DNA of 64,000 bases from Raillietiella orientalis (lineage: Eukaryota). Position numbers and translations under genes: made by a program. The notes under the pieces were generated by a model. It did not search any database. It saw only the letters and a list, made by a program, of their open reading frames with translations, and had not been told where the DNA came from. Shown here piece by piece: positions 53,401-64,000 of the stretch (positions within the stretch are counted from its first letter, which is position 1; the number at the start of each line of letters is the position of its first letter). Location: positions 682,001-746,000 of the forward strand of contig JAYWIR010000015.1 of the NCBI GenBank assembly GCA_036172245.1, written 5' to 3'.

Positions 53401-55006
53401 AGCATTAATAGAATGGCACCTCTTGGTACTCCAGCATCTGTTATTCAGTCTCCAAAAAAGACTGTACTCTCTGTATGTGAAACTTATTGTCTTTTATCAT
53501 CTTGTTTCTTCATTCCTACCTCAGGGTATGATGCAAACTGCAGCTGAGCAGGAAATTCCGTTTCCTCTCGAAGAGAACCATTTCCCAACTTGTATTCCAA
53601 TGCCCAGCGAGCAATTAGTTGATACTCTTGATATTCAGATGCATGTTAACCAGGCTGACAAGAGAAATTTCAGAGAAGCTGTAGTTACCAAATTTATTCC
53701 TACAGATGTGGAAGATGATTCTGACAAATCTAAACTGATGTTAGCAATGCATACTTCTTTCCCATGTACAGTCTGTCCACTTTCTTTTGCCTCGAGATCT
53801 GCACTAATGCAGCATGCTAATCTACACTCCAACCATGAAGAGGTTGATCAACAGGTTGCTAGTCAACTTGATTCTTTTGCATCACCAGCCAGTACAGCTG
53901 ATCAGGTAAAGAACAAGAATTTAATTTCTTTGTTACTATTTTCTTATTAGCAAAAGGCCACAGGAAAACGACAGACCCATCAGTGCCCTACTTGCCATAA
54001 AAGCTTTAAAAAACCCTCTGACTTGATCCGTCATATTCGTACCCATACTGGTGAAAGACCTTTTACGTGTTCAGAGTGTCACAAATCTTTCACAGTCAAA
54101 TCAACTCTTGACACTCATTTGCTCACTCATTCTGATCACAAACATTTTTGTTGCTCCGTTTGTCACAACTATTTTTCCACCAAAGGAAGTCTAAAAGTTC
54201 ACATGCGTCTGCATGCTGGATCCAAACCTTTCCCTTGCCCAAAGTGTGACTTGCGTTTTCGTACATCAGGTCACCGGAAATCCCATTTACTGACACATTT
54301 GAGTAAAGAAGAGCGTACAGCCAAACTATCATCCACTAAAGTGAAAAATAGGATTTCACCGATACGTAGTGAAGTGATCAAAACGAATCCTCAGTATGGA
54401 ATCAATAACTTAGATGAAGAAACCATAATCCTAGATCCAAATTTGGTTATGTCAGTGGTACAGTCAGATAATTTGTTATTGGAAGATACCCTAGAGTCCC
54501 CTCTTGAAACTCATCGCACATCACATCAATCCAATCATAGTTTTTTCTATCCTGATTCCGAGTTACGTCAGGTTCTCACTATACAGATGCCTAACAATGA
54601 TAGTTGGAAAACTTTCAGTAAGCATGAAAGAAAAAGTGGTCACAGCAGTGAACATAAAGAAACTAGGAATCAGAGATCTTTTCGCCAGTGCACCGTATGC
54701 GGGAAAACATTTTCAAAACCATCACTTCTAGAACGTCATTTTCTGATTCACACTGGTGAAAGACCCTTTGTTTGTTCAATTTGTCTGAGAGGGTTCAATC
54801 AGAAGAATGCTCTTAAGACTCATGAAAAAATTCACACGGGTAACCGTGATTACATTTGCAGCTATTGTTCATGCACGTTTACTCAGAAATGGAATCTTCA
54901 AGTGCACATTAAGAAGTTCCATTCAAAAGAGGATTCTCAAGATGTAATTCTTGAAGTGGATACTGTCAGCTCATTGTCCACCAATGTGCCAAATTTCTTC
55001 TCGTGA
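50410..55006 (+). CDS. ZNF236: ZNF236-like multi-C2H2 zinc-finger protein, 15 coding exons, about 1315 aa, 22 fingers
   Basis: Hand-spliced, all GT-AG and phase-consistent: 50410-50640, 50693-50953, 50993-51157, 51198-51326, 51365-51499, 51539-51656, 51701-51846, 51923-52128, 52173-52305, 52348-52487, 52532-52846, 52900-53353, 53395-53472, 53525-53905, 53951-55006. Finger helices [33 protein letters not shown] and FRTSGHRK are those I recognise from ZNF236. Confidence 0.9.
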
Positions 55007-56489
55007 TAAAACATTTGTTTGTGTCTTAGATTTAGTAGTTATTATGCAAATTGTTATAACAAACAGTTTGGGCGATATCACTGCCACAATTGAAACAACT
55101 GATTTAATCATACTTGGTATTCAGTGAAACTTTTATAAAGCATACCTTCACAATAGTTTGGTGCTGGTAACACTTTACGCATACAAGTAACCAGAAATGA
55201 TTTCATATAAAAAGTTATTTTAATTAAAGTATGTATTCAGAGTTCTTTTGTCATTTTTTAAGCTGTAAGCAAATTCTTAAGTTCACAAAGTTGGACATGC
55301 TTGAAAAAGTGGATTTCTATAAGAAAGGAAGTACAATTCTGCACCCAAGTTGATCAAAAACCTTCAAGGGAATTCTGAATCTACGTTAACATTGGTCAGA
55401 AGATATGGCAAAACTACATGAAGTCAGTGATGAATGTGGAAAGGCATACGACATAAAGATCGTTTACTTGGCCCGCAATTTTAAGACTCCGATCACTTTT
55501 TAGAGTGGTTTAGATATTTCGAAGAATTTCTAAGAAATTTTTGTGAAGTCGAAAATTTGTGTTCATTTCCAACTATTTTTTTTACATCTATAAAGAGTAA
55601 CCAAACTACAGTTCAGAGATTTCATTACTAGATTTAGATTCTTCATATCGTTCCGTGAAAGCGTTCAATAAATTTTGTGATTTCTAGAAAGAAGTATAAA
55701 CTTTTGAAATCAAATAAGTATTCATAAATAAACATAGGAGATCAATTTAACAGACATATGTGTTTACAGAATGCTCGCAATTTGGCTATGCCTCGTTTGT
55801 TTTTTGTTTGTTACTTGTGAAGGTATGTGATGTTTCCAATGAGAACATGGCATCACTGGCAGGTTTGCATGCCTGCGGATGTTAAATTTTATGCCAATCA
55901 CTGAAAAGCTGCTGCCGTGGTATTGCATGACTGGATTGTGCTCCTCCCGGGCTTGCAGTTGACGTGGAAAGGGTTAACTGACCACTCTTGCGCGATCATG
56001 TTGCTTAGTCGTTTTTTTTTGTCCAGCTAATGTAATTACAAAATAAGTAGCTGACATCAAAACTACTTACCGTGAACACGACCACTAAGTAAGCATTGCA
56101 CTTACTATGGAACCCACAGGTAACTGTGTATAAGTGTCGGCTCAGCCAAACGGATGGGAAGGTGTTTTTCGCGCTTTCACACCAAGATTTTGAAGATTAT
56201 GGCAACTCTACCAAACAAAATTCAGAAGGCCATTCAATGATCAGTGTCTGTGTTCTGTGTCAAAGAGTTTAGTAGCAAGTTTTCAGTTGCCTTTGAGGCA
56301 GAAGCAAGCGCGATGCTTCCAGTATTGATTTGCAGAACTGTAAATCATTTAAATCACATTTTTTGCAAAGCTTGAATTGAAACAGTGTTGACAATTCAGC
56401 GGATTAACGGAACATAAAGTTATTGCAATAAGGTTTTATTGGAGGCTCGTATGCACTTAGGAAAGGCACTTTATTAATAGGTTGAGATG

Positions 56490-56699
56490 TGTTTCTTCAT
56501 TCTTACCTCAGGGTATGATGCAAACTGCAGCCGAGCAGGAAGTTCCGTTTCCTCTCGAAGAAAACCATTTCCCAACTTGTATATTCCAATGCCCAGAGAG
56601 CAATTAGTTGGTACTCTTGATATTCAGATGCATGTTAACCAGGCTGACAAGAGAAATTTCAGAGAAGCTGTAGTTACCAGATTTATTCCTACAGATGTG
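56490..56699 (+). pseudogene. Partial duplicate of ZNF236 intron 13 end and exon 14 start
   Basis: Aligns to 53503-53710 with 7 substitutions and a 2-nt insertion (TGTATATTCC versus TGTATTCC). Confidence 0.95.
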
Positions 56700-58059
56700 T
56701 GAACCACCAGCCACCGGCTTTGTCCAGGCTTGTCACATATACAAACGAGGTTCTCTACTCCCAGGTGGAAAGCTGTGGAAGCTTTCTTAGGTATTACTGC
56801 AACATTTACCTGGAAATCTTCTCAAAGGCACGAATGTATTCAGAATTGCAAGCACACTGCACTGTACACATTGCTTACCTACTGTACTAGTGCTCACTAT
56901 GATGCATGGTACATTGTTGTTTTACATATTAATAATGAAAAATAAAGTATCCATAGTGGCTAAATGTGGAATTCCTTCATCCGTTTAGTCTGGTGAACCA
57001 CATTTCAAGCTTTTCGCAAACGCCTGCCAAAAATCCTACATTTTTCTGATAAGGAAACGAATTAAGTTTACCACCGTGTACGATGAATTATGGTCAACTC
57101 TCCTTAAATTAAGAAAATCAAACTCCCTTTGAATAAATGAAAATCAAAGATTCATATTTGATAGTTTTCATGATGCTGAATTTCAGTCAAGATTCACCAA
57201 AAATTACTCTTTTGAACTGATCTTTTGTTCATTATTCAATTAGAAAATTTTGGGAAGTTATAAAGTTCTCTTTTGAACTTTGCACACTATTGTATGATTT
57301 ATACATCTTTGAAAACAATTTCAGGCACCCTTGTTTTCAGAAACGGTTTCGACATTTTTGTCTGTTCCATAAGTTATTCATGAATTCCATTGCAGCTACC
57401 TCATCAAGTAGACTGTACCGACTTCAGTAGGATGGACATAATCGTTTATTGTAAGCGAAAAGTACAAATTGTGTACAGGACGAAATTAAGTTAGATTAAA
57501 TTGGAATTTTTTTAAAGCTGTCTATGAGTATGATAAAAAAAATAGTAGGTGCAGTCATCTATAAATTAGAAACGTCACAAAACAAGAACGTGTAGATAAA
57601 CAAGTCACATGAGAATTCCATAATGGAAGTGAACTTGTGCTTGAAGTAGTTCCTTTTTACTCATAAAACTCTTTGAAATCCTTCAAGCTTTCTGAGATCA
57701 GAAACTCAAATTAAAATACGAATTTCTCCCCTAGGTTTCGCAGATAAGTCAAAAAATATTAAATTTATTGAAGTTTCTCACGATACATCCAGGTAGTGAT
57801 CAATTTTGCCATTTCATTTTGTTTTCAATGCAGAAAACTTTATCACGTTATTAGTAGCATCACTACTCCAAGGAGTAGGAAGCATCAGCCAAGGATCAGG
57901 ATGCAGAAAGTTGAGGGATTTCAAGTTCGTCTTAAAAAAGGTATCACCATTTGGTATTTGAGAACAATCAAATCATCATGCTTTTCCGTTTCATGCGCTT
58001 TTAGAATACATCCACAGCTGATTTGATGATATCAGCACTTCAGCTCTCGGGGCAGGGCA

Positions 58060-58479
58060 TTAACCGACCTCCGACCCGGCAGCCTCAGTCTCCTGACCCT
58101 GGGAAGAAGACCCCTGGAGACTTTCGTCAGTGCCTGAGGTCATGAAGATCACTCTTTCGTGGTTGCTGGAGATGATCATGCCAGTGCCCCTGTAGTACGC
58201 ATCAGTCGCGGAGTCCACCACCAGAAGGCGCGTCTCTTTTGGATCCTTACGGATACGCTCCACCACCTGCTGGTGATTCTCTTCGCAGACGTTGACTCCG
58301 TTGACCTCGATGATGCGATCTCCCTCTTTCAGACCCGCTGCCTCCGCGGGTGAGCCTGCTTCCACATGTCTGATGAACTGCCCGGAGCTCTTCTTGTCTG
58401 TGTGCACGCTGAACCCGTAGCCGTTGTAGTGGGACCATCGCATCATATGGCACAGACGTGGCGCTGCTGAGACCACCAT
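58060..58479 (-). CDS. NHERF/EBP50 (Sip1)-like PDZ-domain protein, 139 aa as a single exon
   Basis: PRLCH...W..Y.GYGF.+H...[39 protein letters not shown]...[12 protein letters not shown] is the NHERF-family PDZ signature. AATAAA on minus at 57764-57769. Confidence 0.85.
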   Translation of the reverse strand: MVVSAAPRLCHMMRWSHYNGYGFSVHTDKKSSGQFIRHVEAGSPAEAAGLKEGDRIIEVNGVNVCEENHQQVVERIRKDPKETRLLVVDSATDAYYRGTGMIISSNHERVIFMTSGTDESLQGSSSQGQETEAAGSEVG

Positions 58480-58899
58480 GGACTAAGCTTCGAAGTTTTC
58501 CGTAACTCAAAGCGTTGCAGCGACCAACTCTGATGTGCTCACAAACCCTACGCTCGACGACAAGCGTGTGCAGAGGTGGGCCGGTTCTGCAGGAATTTAT
58601 ACCGTTGAATGAGACCCTAAAGCAAGAATTCCAGAAAGTTCAGGAGTCCTGCAGGCTTACACTTAGAGAGCAATACAAAGGACGTCCAAGTGAAACCCGC
58701 GGTGCCGTCTGAAGTTACTCTGTGTTGGCTGGCGTGTGACAATTTCCTTTTTTGTATATTTTCATTTGAAGGTCGGAAATTGCAAATGCAACATCGACAG
58801 TGGATACATCACGCAAAAAGGAAAAAAGGAAGCAGTAAATAGCAAATACAGAAGGTGCTCACATTCAGGAAGAATCGTTGATGTTCTTTCACCCTTTGT

Positions 58900-61000
58900 C
58901 GTCGCCGCAGGCGTGCCCTTTTGAAATCTGCTGCTTCGTTTCAAGATGCGCTGAGGTACAGTGGCACGGCATCAAGCAGCACGCCAAATGGGTAAGAATA
59001 ATAGCCAAATAGGGAGTATGTGGGACACACATCACAGACCGAAAATACTCCAATCATGTGTGTGGGTTCAACTGTGTAACTCTAATGCAGACATCCTCCA
59101 GTACTCATGCAGCAGCGCGGAATCCAAAGTGAGATTTGCCAATAACAAGGTCCTGCCAAAGCATGTATATGGGTCTACAAAAGTGGAAAAAACAGCCGCA
59201 TGGAGATCCTCATGCAATCGGACTTCCTAGAGACTCGATCACCTCACAGAATCGCTTGATGTACATTGGAAGGAAGCTGTGCCGTTAACATGAGCACAGG
59301 AGGAGATCCCAGGTGTGTCATGCAAAAAGGCGATATCAGGCACGGCAAATGACTCCGTACGAGAAAACCTGATATGAAATCTACCTCCATTTTGTTGGAA
59401 ACACTGCATAACTTGACAGATATCAGACCAGGAAAAAGCAAGGTGGATCCGCGCAACTGCACGGAACAGTATCAAGGGACGATAAGAATGCATCTGAATG
59501 ACTTGAGTCGCATAGTTTGAAAGGAAGAAATAAACGGGATCGATACCTTTATGGATATCATTTCTTTGGGATGCACACTACGATCGCTGACAAAAAGGGA
59601 GCATTCGGACACAGAACATGAAAGAACAGCTACCAAATTGCCACCTATGAAAAAGTCGGGTGCCCTAGAGGAAAAAGAAATCAAAACGAAAACATGCAAT
59701 AAAGGACCTTCCAAAGTAGTCTTTAAGTGAAAGAATTAAGTTTCGGGGACTAAACGGCTCAGAGGACCTGGGATGAGGCAAATTCGAAAATGGACTACCT
59801 CCGTTGGTGGAGGAAGTCCACGGAATACAGCCAGACAGGATAATACCAAGAAGGAAATAAGTAAATGCGATGAATAGCAGCAAATACTATGCCGGGTCAA
59901 CCTTCGAAGGGCAATGGATTCATGTACACGCATTGTAAAGTGCTTGCGAAATTGGCAGTGAACATTGCACTCATGTTACAAAAAGAAACGTCCATAGATC
60001 CCTCGATGGATTCCTATCCATCGAGATAGGAAGGAGTCGAATCTCCTAATCTCTTCAGCTGGTCACACATTATTTAGGGCGGAAGTTGCGCCCGTATTAT
60101 ACCAAACGAAATTTTTTTCCTCAGGAACCGAAGGATCTTATACAATGAATGCAGGTCGGTGGACCCGGAGGCAACGATGCTGACAGATATCTTCAACTCT
60201 TACCTCGGAATCAGGGGAACTCGGATGCTCCTAAAGCATCCGAGAACAATCCTGCTTCATAAATCACTCCCCGGTAAATTGACACTTAAAAGCGAAATAT
60301 CCAAGCTGGCATTTGGTGACTCATCGATCCACGCGCATACGAGAGGGCACCTCAACCCTTAGAATAATTTAATAATGGGCTGCTTGGGCATCCCTTATTG
60401 AGAAACCTGGATCGAGAAAAGGGCAGCGCTGAGTAGCATCGGGTTTCGGAACACTTCCGTTCAGCGGCGGTGTGGAGATTCATTCATGCGTTGTCACCAT
60501 GGACGGCGCTAATCGCCTGTGCAAAGAGGTGAAAATGGAAAGAACTGCTGGGTCACATCTTTAGCAGATGAGTCAACATCCAGACAACGATGAGGGAGAC
60601 AGACATGAGCTGGAGACCTATGAAGCAGTATCTGCTGAAGTTTGGTATATGCTACCAAACTGCCACTCTGACAATTAAGAAACATTCAAAGTTAAAGGCA
60701 GATCCACGCTTTAGGGTGAAATTAAGGTCTCTACTGGATCTCTCTTGTTTTATGAATATTCGTCAACAGAGCAGGAGACAAGGCAAATGAATGAGAGCAA
60801 GCACCACTCTGCTCCCACAGGTGAGAACTCGGTACTTCAGGGGCAACTGCGGTAAGTTCTCAAGGATCTTGGGATCCGAGAAACGAGTGAGAAATCCGGG
60901 AAAAATCTATTTTGATTCAAAAATTAATAACACTGAAAGGATTCAAAATTCCCCAGAAGGCAGAATACGTCAGAAATTGCACCATATTTTGTTTGCAGAA
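58900..61000 (-). mobile_element. Degenerate LINE ORF2 between IMP4 and the PDZ gene
   Basis: IILSGCIPWTSSTNGGSPF...FSPRNLI (59665..59883, cf. L..G..P..WK.A.V.P+...YRPISL), QLRGSTLLF...HLGSPPVLMLTAQLP (59244..59462, cf. G+.G..L.W...LGP+LF++++NDLP). Confidence 0.55.
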
Positions 61001-61343
61001 AATGCAAACAAAATATGGTGTGCTCGGACATACAGTATTTCCAAAATCTCAATCGGAAGCCTATGGTGAGTAGATCGTCACCCTTCAAAGAAGAAACTAT
61101 GAAAAATTGCAAAAGGTGACGAACAGAGACAAGAAACGACGGTGCAAACTCCTCCGGTCACTTGTTCTCCTTTCCCCCTTTTTTACAGTATTGTATGTAG
61201 AGAATCTTAATAGAGGAATTTAACTTGACCTTCAAAATTTTTTTAAAATGGCTAAGAAATAAAATGCATCCTTTTCCTTTCCATATACTTTTAGATTAAC
61301 GAACATTTACCATGGAGCTACAAATTCATCGTAGTTAGTGACA

Positions 61344-63565
61344 TCAGCTCCAAGCTGGTTCTTCTGATATGAAGAGACGTTTTCTGGCTGTGTTCATGTA
61401 AGGCCGATGCACCCACTCTACATCTGCTGCATCTCCTTGCTCTATTGTTCCAAGTTTTATTTCATATACTAAAAAAATAAGAATTTTTAAATATATAAAT
61501 AGTTATTCAGTTATGGATGCGAAAATGTTTTTGAAGAAGGCTAAAGTTTTGAACTCCTGCATCTTTCAGAAAGTATATCCAGAAAACATTAATGCTTGAA
61601 AGGCAGCATGCATAGAAAACTATCAACTACCAACTAGGCATCATGCTCATCAAATACCTAGAATAACCTAGAATTTATGTTTATCAATATGATGCAAACC
61701 CTAATTTGAATTCATCTACACTGGAGTACACACTATTACTGCCATTGAATTGTACAATATTCAAAAACATTTGCTGACTGCGAAGTAATTACTGCTGCTA
61801 CACTTTGGTCAGTGCTAAGAGATGCTTCAAAGTTATGTAGCATGAATCTTTTGCATGGGAAAGTATTCATCAAAAAATACTTTTGTAATATTCTGCACAT
61901 TTAATTTCATCTGTTTCATTTTCATGAATTTTTCTGCAAATATATAACTGCGAATTCTATGTAATCAACTGTTTAAATATTTAACAATAAAATCATTTCT
62001 TCAATTGCTGGAATTTTAAAATGAAACTTTCCAAGACACTATTTTTCTAGTTACCCTTGTTGACTATTATTGGTAATCACAGCATAAAAGTAGTATTGTG
62101 CATATTATTCATCAGAATAAACACATACTTAAAGAAAAATCAGGCCTTTCCTCAACAATTAGTTACCCTACAAATACATCCATGTATTAAGACATTCTTG
62201 CATATTAAAGGCCATTCGAATCATTTAGAATTGGCTGGAATCTCTGTACTGTGCTTTCCTTCAAAACATACACTCATTAAAGAAAATTCTAAATTTTGCT
62301 GATTATTTTTGCATCTTTCTCTGACTCTGGATGATTTTGAATTTTTTATTGAAATAAAAGACAAAAGACCTTTAATTTTTTCACTTCATTTCTCTGAGCA
62401 CTGTAAAACAATTTCCTTCTGACTTGCAATCAATGTACATCAAATTCCCTACATTCAATTACTACAAATGTGTTCAAACTGTTGCATGTTAATCAAGTTA
62501 GCAGGTGAGCATATGTCACTTATTTGTTAGCTGAATATCAATGAACTAAATTCAGAACTGAGTACAACGAAATACAGGAAAAGCAGAAACTTACATTTGA
62601 GAACAAACCGTGGCCCCACTTCCTTTAGTTCCACTTGTTGGTTGCCATTTTTCTTGTAAGTGTGATGACGAAAAATAATGTAATCTTCATGATTAATAAA
62701 TGTCATTATCCTTTTACTATCTTCTTTAGGGACTGGAAACAAATATTTAAGAATATTCTGGACCTAAGGAAATTAACAAAAAGAAAAAGCTCTAAAAATA
62801 ATGTTTCTTACTCTTTGTCCCAATTTTGTTTGGAAGTTGTGAAAAATTAAATGGGGATATTGCTCTGACATGGTTCCTAAATTTGGAACATCATGACGCA
62901 TAACCACATCTCTAATTGTGAAATAGGCTGTGGGGCCAAAAGGAAGATGGCAGATAATCATGGTGTCAGGCACACCACGATGTTCATGTAAGATAATGAA
63001 ATCAGTTACTTGATTAGCACGGCAGGCATTTACTAATTGATGCATTTCATAATTTCCTCGATTCATTCGTTGTGCATTAGGAAATAGCAGTCTAACCTCC
63101 TGAAAGCTGGCTACCACAGTATAATTCAAAAACTTCTCACTTTACAAAACATTTTGAGACGAGCTGAAGGCTCACGAGAAGTGGTGATCATGATTTTGGG
63201 ATCCCGAACTCCTGCCCAATTATATTCATCATCCACATGATTTCCTGCTCCTATCCAGTCACTAGATGCAACAGCAGTTTCTGGACCAGCATCATCCCAT
63301 TCTTGATGTGACTGATACCTGAGGGCTCTTCCTCTCAAATCTCCAGGAATCTGAACACCCTCTATCAAAAATTCAAAAATTATTTAACGAGAGCCATACA
63401 AGATTCTTACCTTCTAGAGATTTCTGTAATCGAATTTTCCTATTCACAACTGTATTCCGCCTTCTTTCTAGGGATTTACGATACAAGTATTCTCTGCGAA
63501 GTCTTGCTTGTCGGCGTAACTACACTTACAAATTTTTGGAGAGTCACCACTATGTCACTTACCAT
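61344..63565 (-). CDS. IMP4: U3 snoRNP protein IMP4 (Brix domain), 6 exons, 304 aa
   Basis: Exons 63565-63563 (ATG only), 63519-63411, 63361-63141, 63099-62812, 62763-62595, 61468-61344, all GT-AG and in phase. The protein has MLRRQARLRREYLYRKS, DDEY.WAG..DPKIMITTSR.PS, HEHRG.PD..IICHLPFGPTAYF, EVGPRF.LKLYEIKLGT and RPYMNTARKR. Confidence 0.96.
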
Positions 63566-64000
63566 TTCTGTTGTAGCTTACATTCCTTAAAGTTTCTTAC
63601 AAAGGAGACACTTGCTATACATAGATAGCAGCCTGAAGTTTTACAAACATGACTAGAACAGTTGTTGAATTCCCTTTTTTTATCTTAAGGTAACTCGTTA
63701 CTTGATGTATCGGTCCGGACCATCTATGTGTAATTATTTGGAACACAAAATATGAACGAATACGATTTTTGGGAAAATGAATAAAACAATTCTAGCAGCA
63801 ACTCCTAAACCTACAAACTAGTAAAATCTGGAGCCCAAGAGCCAAAGTACATCATAAAATTGGAGGTTATCTTATGATCTTAATCAGAAAAGTAAAAAAT
63901 TAAACTACTGCTTCGAACTTAATTCCCAAAGGAGGTTTCTATCTTTCGTTCGTAAAGTTTTGCGAATCTCGAAAAAGAAAAAAGCGCGCACATGTGATTC

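Noticed and set aside
55880..56125. Possible downstream micro-exons of the PDZ gene on minus (GTAAGT donors near 56070 and 56105)
   Set aside because: The peptides show no NHERF similarity and the splice sites could be chance.
1..64000. Prokaryotic systems (operons, CRISPR arrays, defence islands), rRNA or tRNA genes
   Set aside because: Spliced eukaryotic genes are present. I saw no regularly spaced repeat-spacer array, no rRNA block and no full cloverleaf.

Overview
Eukaryotic (animal, probably arthropod) nuclear DNA with two very different halves. About 1-47 kb has no intact host gene that I can find. It is a dense, CpG-rich graveyard of roughly 20-25 heavily decayed transposon fragments: about 8 Penelope-like elements, about 12 LINE/non-LTR pieces, one Ty3/Gypsy pol and one Tc1-like piece, plus a mitochondrial nad2 insertion. 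Every fragment whose coding strand I could read lies on the minus strand, the architecture expected of a uni-strand (flamenco-type) piRNA/TE-trap locus. About 47-64 kb is mostly AT-rich and holds three genes: a 15-exon ZNF236-like C2H2 zinc-finger gene (+), a single-PDZ NHERF/Sip1-like CDS (-) and IMP4 (-). Nearly all introns are only 38-53 nt. A recent partial copy of a ZNF236 exon with its splice acceptor lies downstream of the gene. TE calls are by-eye motif matches in degenerate frames, and their boundaries are approximate.
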